From the NCBI RefSeq assembly GCF_009914755.1, contig NC_060933.1: a stretch of 64,000 nt of DNA, one strand, 5' to 3'. The stretch comes from the human T2T-CHM13v2.0 reference genome, Homo sapiens. Positions 56,761-64,000 of the stretch are shown one piece after another. Each line of letters opens with the position of its first letter. Position 1 is the stretch's first letter. Made by a program: the position numbers and the translations under genes. The notes below the pieces were generated by a model, which saw nothing but the letters and a program-made list of their open reading frames with translations, searched no databases and had not been told where the DNA came from.

Positions 56761-58029
56761 CCTTTGTTCCAATCATCTTCCTCCCAAAAAGAAATCAAGT
56801 ACATTGCCTCTCTGAATGTAAATATTTACAACATTTACATTTGCAATATTTAGTTTTGCTTCATGGGAGTTCATGGCTGAGCCAAGCACACTGTAGCATT
56901 GGTTTTCAATTTTACATTCCCAAAGGAGACAGCTGGCTTCATGTCATGGTTATTGAGTTAATTGCTGTTTTGATGACTTGGCGTAATGACTTGTATAACC
57001 CTTTAATTTAAAGCATTTCAGAAAACATACACAGACACTGTTGGGTATGGACAAGGGTCCAGTCTGAGTCTCCATGCTACACAAAAGATGGAAGAGAAAA
57101 GCCTCCACTTCCATGCCAGGCTGAGAATTTAGGAGGAGAACCTGACCACGCTACTACCTCTGTAGTGTAAGAGCCTCTTGCTATTAACTTGTCAGCCATG
57201 AGTAAGAAAAGGGGCTCTTGCTCAATGATTTGGGGGAGCTAGACTTGAGCTTCTACTATTCAAGTCATGAGGCTTGAATACACTAAAGGGAAGGGGTGGG
57301 TAGTTACCATGAGACACACAGAGGAATATTACAGTTTATATGGATTAAGGTCAGCCTAATTAGTGCATGGAAACAGCCAAACTCAAAGCTGTGTGATTAG
57401 AGAGTCTACGTGTGTTAAGGGCAAAGATAATGGGCTATAGATTGTATTTTAGGGAGGCCTAGCAAAGGAGCGACATGTAAATGAGCTCATCATAACCTAC
57501 ACAACAGGCGGTTTGTCTCTGGGCACTTCTCACCTGCTCTACAAGCTGGCTTTTCTCCAGCACCAATCCTGAGATCTTGTTTTTGCTTTCAAACAATCGT
57601 CTGCCTAATTCCCACTAACTCTAAAACAGCAAAGGGGCTGGCTGGCAACACCCCAAGTGGTGATGCCCCTCGGGTCTATTCACATTGTGGAGCAAGAGGA
57701 GAGGGGAAGGTGGAGAAGTCCAGAAAAAAGAACCTGTCTGCGGCCTTGCAGGATCAGCGGCTTCTGTGAAGGGGCCTAAAGCAGCTCCATCTCACTGTCA
57801 TCATCCCAGGACATTAGGGGGAGATGGGGACTATGCTACAATGAAAGAAACCTAGAGATGACTTGAGACCTCACTTAAATTTAAATGAACAAATCAAGAC
57901 AATACTGTCATTTCAGAAAAGCTGCTGACTGTTCATCTAAACTTTATAGTTTAACCTACCCCCATCTCAACTCTGCCAGACCCCAGAAATTCAGCAGGGA
58001 TTTAAGACTTTGCTCGGGGAGAAAATATT

Positions 58030-58500
58030 AATAATCATGCTATAATAAATAACTATTGAACATTTACTATGCTTCAAGCACTATGTTACAACTTTAAATG
58101 AACTTGGGTAGGTATATTATCAGCATCATCATCAATTCTGAGATGCAAAAATGACCTCAGAAAGGTGGATGGTTCTGTTCTGAACCAAATAGGAGGAATG
58201 GGTGGGACCAAGATCAAATGCAGGCAGCCCCATGACAGGGCTGTGTTGTGAACCACTGTAGGAGGAAGGAGAGGAGTGGGAGAAAGAGAGGGGCAGCAGA
58301 ACAGTAACTGTGAGGCAGCCACACCTGAGTGCTAATTCTATGCCAACCTCTTTGCTGTCATCACACAGCATAACAACTTAAGATAGTTTCATGTTTCATC
58401 AACCCTCCATTTTACACATGAGGAAAAGGAGGTTTTAAGGGATTATATGACCCCCAGCTGGTAAATGCTGGAACTAGCATTAGAATCCAGGCAGATGCTC
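58030..58500 (-). mobile_element. MIR fragments
   Basis: tattgaacatttactatgcttcaagcact; ccattttacacatgaggaaa. Confidence 0.6.
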
Positions 58501-59205
58501 TAGTGACATTTGACTCATATTCTTGCTGCTGCCCGGAAGAGGCACTTACTGAGCAGTCTGGCTGGAAATTTGAACTTTGAGGATCTTCTAACTTCTAGTA
58601 GGATGAGGAAAGTTTTCACTTCAGTCTCACTTTGTTTGATGTTTTATGTTTGTTTTCCTTAAAAAGCATGAAATTGGGGTTAAACGCCCTCAAACACTAT
58701 AACTTAATCCTGAATAAAGATGGCTTAACAGCACGGAGAGAAAGTGGATCAATTACTCTTCCTCAGGAACACAAGTCCAATCACTAGGAAGTAATAAGAC
58801 CAAAGAAAGCTAAAAATGGAACATGTAAAAACAAAGAAATGATTGTTCTTTAGTTTTATTATTTTTCATGGACTACATCAAGTCTTTTCCCCCACAGCAA
58901 GTACCATCTACAGCAGGAGCCTCGAATCTCAGATGCTTGTGGGAGTCTATTACCCATCACATAATTTCCCTGGTATTCAGTCAAAGTGAGAAGGGATGAT
59001 GAAAATTTTGGCAGGCTTTATACAAGGCTGATCAATATTTTTCATTTCCCCATTTATGTGTCACTACAATTCACAGCTGAGAGGACAAGTTAACCGGATA
59101 CAGCATAGGACAGAAAGCCAAGCAGATACTCAAGTCAAGGCAAAGAGAGAAGGAAAAAAGTAATGGAAAGAAGCTGAAGCAAGAATGGTTAAAAGAAGCA
59201 AAACA

Positions 59206-59500
59206 GGCCAGGCATGATGGCTCACACCTGTAATTCCAGCACTTTGGGAGGCCCAAGAGGGAGGATCGCTTAAGCCCAGGAGTTCAAGACCAGCCTAAGC
59301 AATGTGGCAAAACCCTGTCTCTACAAAAAGTACAAAAATAAGCAGGAATGATAGTGCACGCCTGTAGTCCCAGCTACTCGGGGGGCTGAAGCAAGAAGAT
59401 TGCCTGAGCCCAGGAGGTCAAGGCTGCAGTGAGTCATGTTAGTGCCACTGCACTCCAGCCTGGGTGACATAGTAAGACCTTGTCTCAAGAAAAAAAAAAA
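59206..59500 (+). mobile_element. AluJ SINE followed by a GA-rich (GAG/GAA)n tract to about 59565
   Basis: Diverged dimeric Alu; partial TSD aagaagc. Confidence 0.93.
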
Positions 59501-62196
59501 GGAAGAAGAAGGAGGAGGAGGAGGAAGAGGAAAAGGAGGAGGAGAAGGAGAAGAAGGACAAGAAGCTCATAAAAAGCTTACAAATTCACCACTGCACATA
59601 CAATGAAGGTGGTGGACCCAGTCTAGCCAGGACTAGAGTGTCCCCACATACACCCAGCACTAGCCCAGCATCATCAGTCTCATTATCTGTGTCACTGTCA
59701 ATGATGACAGTGGCTTCAGGTCCTAGAGTCAATACCAAGAGAGGACCTAGAAGAGAACCTTGGAACTGTGGCCAATTTCAACATGCCTCCCACTAAGATC
59801 TGTCTTGGTAGGCAACAAGTTGATGTTGACACCTCAGGCTCTAGGTTCCCTGGCACTGCTAAGTTTTGGTGCCTTTCTTCTTACCCTTAGGGACAGGAAA
59901 ATTGGCAATAATGGGACAAAGCTGTGCAGATCTAGGGGCACAGTCAACGTTTAAGTCAGTTATATAGCCAACCTCTGTCTACCTTCAAGCTTGCCCTGAT
60001 GGGTTAGGATGAGGAGACTGTATCTGAGCCCATTGATTGTGCCTTCAACTAAATTAAGCAGAGCTTGGGGATGGTGTAGATTTAAGAACATCAAATTCAA
60101 ACCATCACATAGCCATAAAATCAAAAAAACAGCCATGAGGCCAGGGTTAGATATACAAACATTAAAACCATTAAAAAAAAAAAAAAAAGAACTATGAAGA
60201 ATGAGATCAGGAATGCTGAAGACCCAAGTCAGGTTTCCTGGAAAGGAAATGGGAATTAGGAGCAGTCACTAATTCTGCTAAAGTCTCCTGCACTTGATTC
60301 TTCCTCACAAGTTTACCCCATGGCACATTAAATCTACTTATTTTCCCATACAATTTGCTTCTGGACTACTCACTGCCCCCATTTAGCAAAGCACCCCCAT
60401 CAACATCTAATAAATAAATGACCTAAAGCAAGAGAACACCCTCCCATGAGGCTTCTGGTGACACAGCTGTGCAAAGGGTCATCAGATGGATCTTTTGGCT
60501 TTGTGAGATATTTAATAGAGCAAGAGGAAGAGAATGGAGCCTGAGCATCAAAAAGGACTTTAATTGTATTTGTTATGTTTTCTTGTATTAAAAAAAAATT
60601 GTGGGTATAAACTGTTAATTAAATTTTACATGGCATTGCTATTTTTAAAAAATATGTCAAAATGAAAAAGAAGAAACCAAAAGGATGATGAGACTGAGGG
60701 AGGGCAAAGGAGTGGGAGAGAGAGAGGGGTAGGACTAGAGGGGGAAAATGAGAGAGAGAGGGAGTGAGACTGATAAAGAAGGGGAGGAAACTTCCATTTG
60801 AAAGGCTCTATGAGGCGCTTAGTAAGCCCCATGGTGAAATGATATGGAATCCAGCTCTGTCAGAGGTTGTAAGTACTCAAAGTAAGGAATAAACAAAGAT
60901 AAAGTTCTAGAAGCCACAAATATGAGACAGAAATTCTTCGGATACAGGGAAGGACCCAGGGAAGTCCTTCTAGGAAGTACTACCAGAGGCTCCAAAGGAG
61001 AGAAGAGAAGTATAGTCGATGGGTAAATTCCACCCATGTTCCCAGAATTCCAGGGACCTGGTCAACACCAGAACCTCCCATCAGACATTTTCAATGCATT
61101 TATATAGTTCAGTAAGGAAATGTTATTCTGGCTTTAAAATAGGAGCCAATAAAGAAAGAAAATTCTCTTTACAGTTAAATTATGAATTTTTCAGGAAATC
61201 GAACTTTTGTATGATGGGGTACCTATACTGCATTTACATCTCCGAAACCTAAGTATGGGCAATAAGGAAACATACCACCTAGTGGCAGACTACCTGTTGT
61301 GCTAGAAACACAAAATCCATTCCCTTTTGATATAAAAAAAGGTTTTTTTTCCTTATAAGACTTTAATATCCAGTAGTGAAACTAGCAGCTTATAAAATTT
61401 GCAGTATTGGAGAGAAGAAAAAATTCCAAATATATATTATTTCCTTTCATTAACTGAATACTAGAGAATGAAAGAGACTTTATAACTGCAGGAAGAATAC
61501 ATCCTCTCATTAATCCCAGCTGCTTAATTAAATCAATTGGAAGTTGCTAATTTCATTGTGTCTTTTCAGATACTTAAACCCATTTATTGGGAGAAGATTT
61601 TAGATGGCTAAAGTCACATTTGGTTGAATTTCTTTAGAAGACATAATCTCTTAGTGCAGAAAGGGATTGTCTGAGACAATCAACTGACAGATTCCCTCCC
61701 AGTACTTTTGAAGACTGTCAGAGGACAAAGTAATCATCATACACAGTGGGGCTGATTCCTATACGCCACATATGATAAAAAGAAAAAAAGATTAGCCTCC
61801 TCATTCAATAGTCACACTTTAGTCCCTGGAGAAGGTAGAATTTTACCACAACATCTGGCCAGCAGAAAACTACCAGGATTGAAGAAAATGTATTTACCCG
61901 TCCCTTCCTGGAACAGAAGGTAATTCAAAGTAGCAAAGAAAAAAGTGACACATTTCAAAACAATAAGAGGAGAAAAAAGTCTGTACAAGGTCAAAGAAGG
62001 AATATCAGAGCCTAATGGTCATTCAAGATATGTCTTCAATGACTTTGTGGTTGTATTTAAGCATCAGCAACATTTCTATTTCGGGAAGGCGAGATACAAA
62101 ATTTAACAAAGTAAGCGGTAGATAATTAAGAAGTGTCTGTATATGGGGCTGATTTGAGTGTAAACACCAGTCTTCCTCTGTAAGTAACAGATTACT

Positions 62197-62500
<304 letters not shown>

Positions 62501-63099
62501 CTACCCGCCACACCCCCCCAAAAAAGAGAAATTCTTGACTATGGTAAAATGTGATTTCTGGAAAGCTGCTTTTAAAAGAGAAAAATCTTGCCAAATTGTA
62601 CTACCATATTATCATGACCCATCACTGTTCTATTTCTACCTCTTTTTATGAAAGGGCAGAACTTAGGCATGTTTATATTTTAAAAAACATTACAAAAGGT
62701 GCACTTGTTCCGTCTTGAGATAAAATTGAATCACTAATGCCACATTCATGGGGAGCCCCACGTGGTTAGTAAATTCTCTTGGGGTTTATGTTCTCCCAGT
62801 CATTTCCCCTTCTGATTCTCTGTTTCTGCTGAATAACTCCCCATACTCAGCTCTCACCTCCTACATCCCCTCTGGCCTCTTTATTGATTCCCAGTCTATT
62901 TAAACAGCCTCTTTTCCTAATTTTCCTAAAGCATCACTTACTCATGGCAGGGGGTATATGATACATTTTATAGAAGGTCAGAAGCCATGATGGGGATTAT
63001 ATTACAGCAGCCCAAAAATCCCGATAAAACAAACTATAATAACTAATTTTATGGTGCTTAATTGAGTGAAAAATGATTTATAAAATTGTATGCCTAGTC

Positions 63100-63262
63100 T
63101 TTTGGGGGGGGTCAGGGGGAAGGGTCTTGCTCTGTCACCCAGGCTGGAGTGCAGTGGTGCTATCACAACTCACCACAGCCTTGAACTCCTGGGCTCACCA
63201 CAGCCTCCCACCTCAGCCTCCCAAAGTGCTGAGATTACAGGTGTGAGCCACTGCACCCAGCC
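63100..63262 (-). mobile_element. Alu monomer (FAM-like, or internally deleted AluJ)
   Basis: Single arm in reverse; TSD-like tgtatgcctagtct / tgtgtgcgtattct. Confidence 0.8.
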
Positions 63263-64000
63263 TGTGTGCGTATTCTGATTGTTAACATTACCCACTAGGA
63301 GGACAAAAAAAAAAAAAGAAGGAAATATACAAAAGTGTGAATAGTGGTTATCTTAAGTTAATAAAATTATTGTTCATTTTTTTTCTTCCCCTTCCTCTCA
63401 AACTTTCTACATCTTCTTTGATGCACTTTCCTCTCTACATGGCAAGGTGGGTGACCTTCTCTTCCAGCCCCCATATCTTTGGGCGTCCTTTTCATATTTA
63501 TAATGCAATGTCATTTCTGCCCAGCTTAGTGAACTGTTGCAAGCCTGTGGCTTTGCACTTTCCCATCTGCTGAGAAGAGTTGCATTCCAGGTACTTATCA
63601 GAGATGACCTCTAACTCTGTGCTGCTCAATATTTCGCAAAACTTCAGTTGAAAATAAATAGTATAAATGGAAGATTGCCTGGAGGTTCTTTCTTTCCCTT
63701 TATAGAATTATACTTTGGCAAAATGCCAAGAATGAGGGACGTTATACAAAGAGGTCTGACACAATTCTGTCGCAGTCACTGCAGGGCATTTTAGGAACCT
63801 GATCATCAGAGCTCAAAATACTTTTTATGAGTAACTGTGAGAAAACTCACTTCTGTTCTTAACACCAGGGACAACTGAGCTCCTCCTAAAAAACTTCATT
63901 TTTTTAAATCACATAACCAAATGGGATTTTCCTCTTTGCTCTAGTCACTAGGAAGCCTACAGTCAAATTTTTATTCCACAGGTATACATTTTCCATACTT

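Noticed and set aside
61823-61919. Plus-strand exon-like segment (tttag|TCCC...GAAG|gtaatt)
   Set aside because: Weak polypyrimidine tract, no partner exons and an unrecognised peptide; likely a pseudo-exon

Overview
This is primate (very likely human) genomic DNA: AT-rich, CpG-depleted and dense in repeats, consistent with an intronic or intergenic region. Most of the window is transposable-element fossils. These include about 12 Alu/FAM SINEs (several with intact target-site duplications, TSDs), a near-full-length decayed L1PB (~44.06-50.44 kb), a nested L1/Alu/LTR cluster at 15.5-25.2 kb, an ERVK-class solo LTR with a 6-bp TSD, a complete MST LTR-internal-LTR element, many solo MaLR/MLT2 LTRs, DNA transposons (MER20, MER82, MER58A, MER5), and MIR/L2 fragments. 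No intact protein-coding gene is visible. The ORF track is explained by L1/Alu/LTR remnants, microsatellites and chance. Several minus-strand splice-site matches suggest a host transcript on the - strand, including a candidate 21-nt microexon at 51416-51436 and a candidate terminal exon starting at 287, but I could not identify the gene. I see no convincing novel biological system. The most unusual directly visible signals are four separate local templated-insertion scars, one of which forms a 70-bp near-perfect hairpin inside the L1PB 3' end. Repeat subfamily names come from recalled consensus features, not an alignment run, and boundaries of the oldest repeats are approximate.
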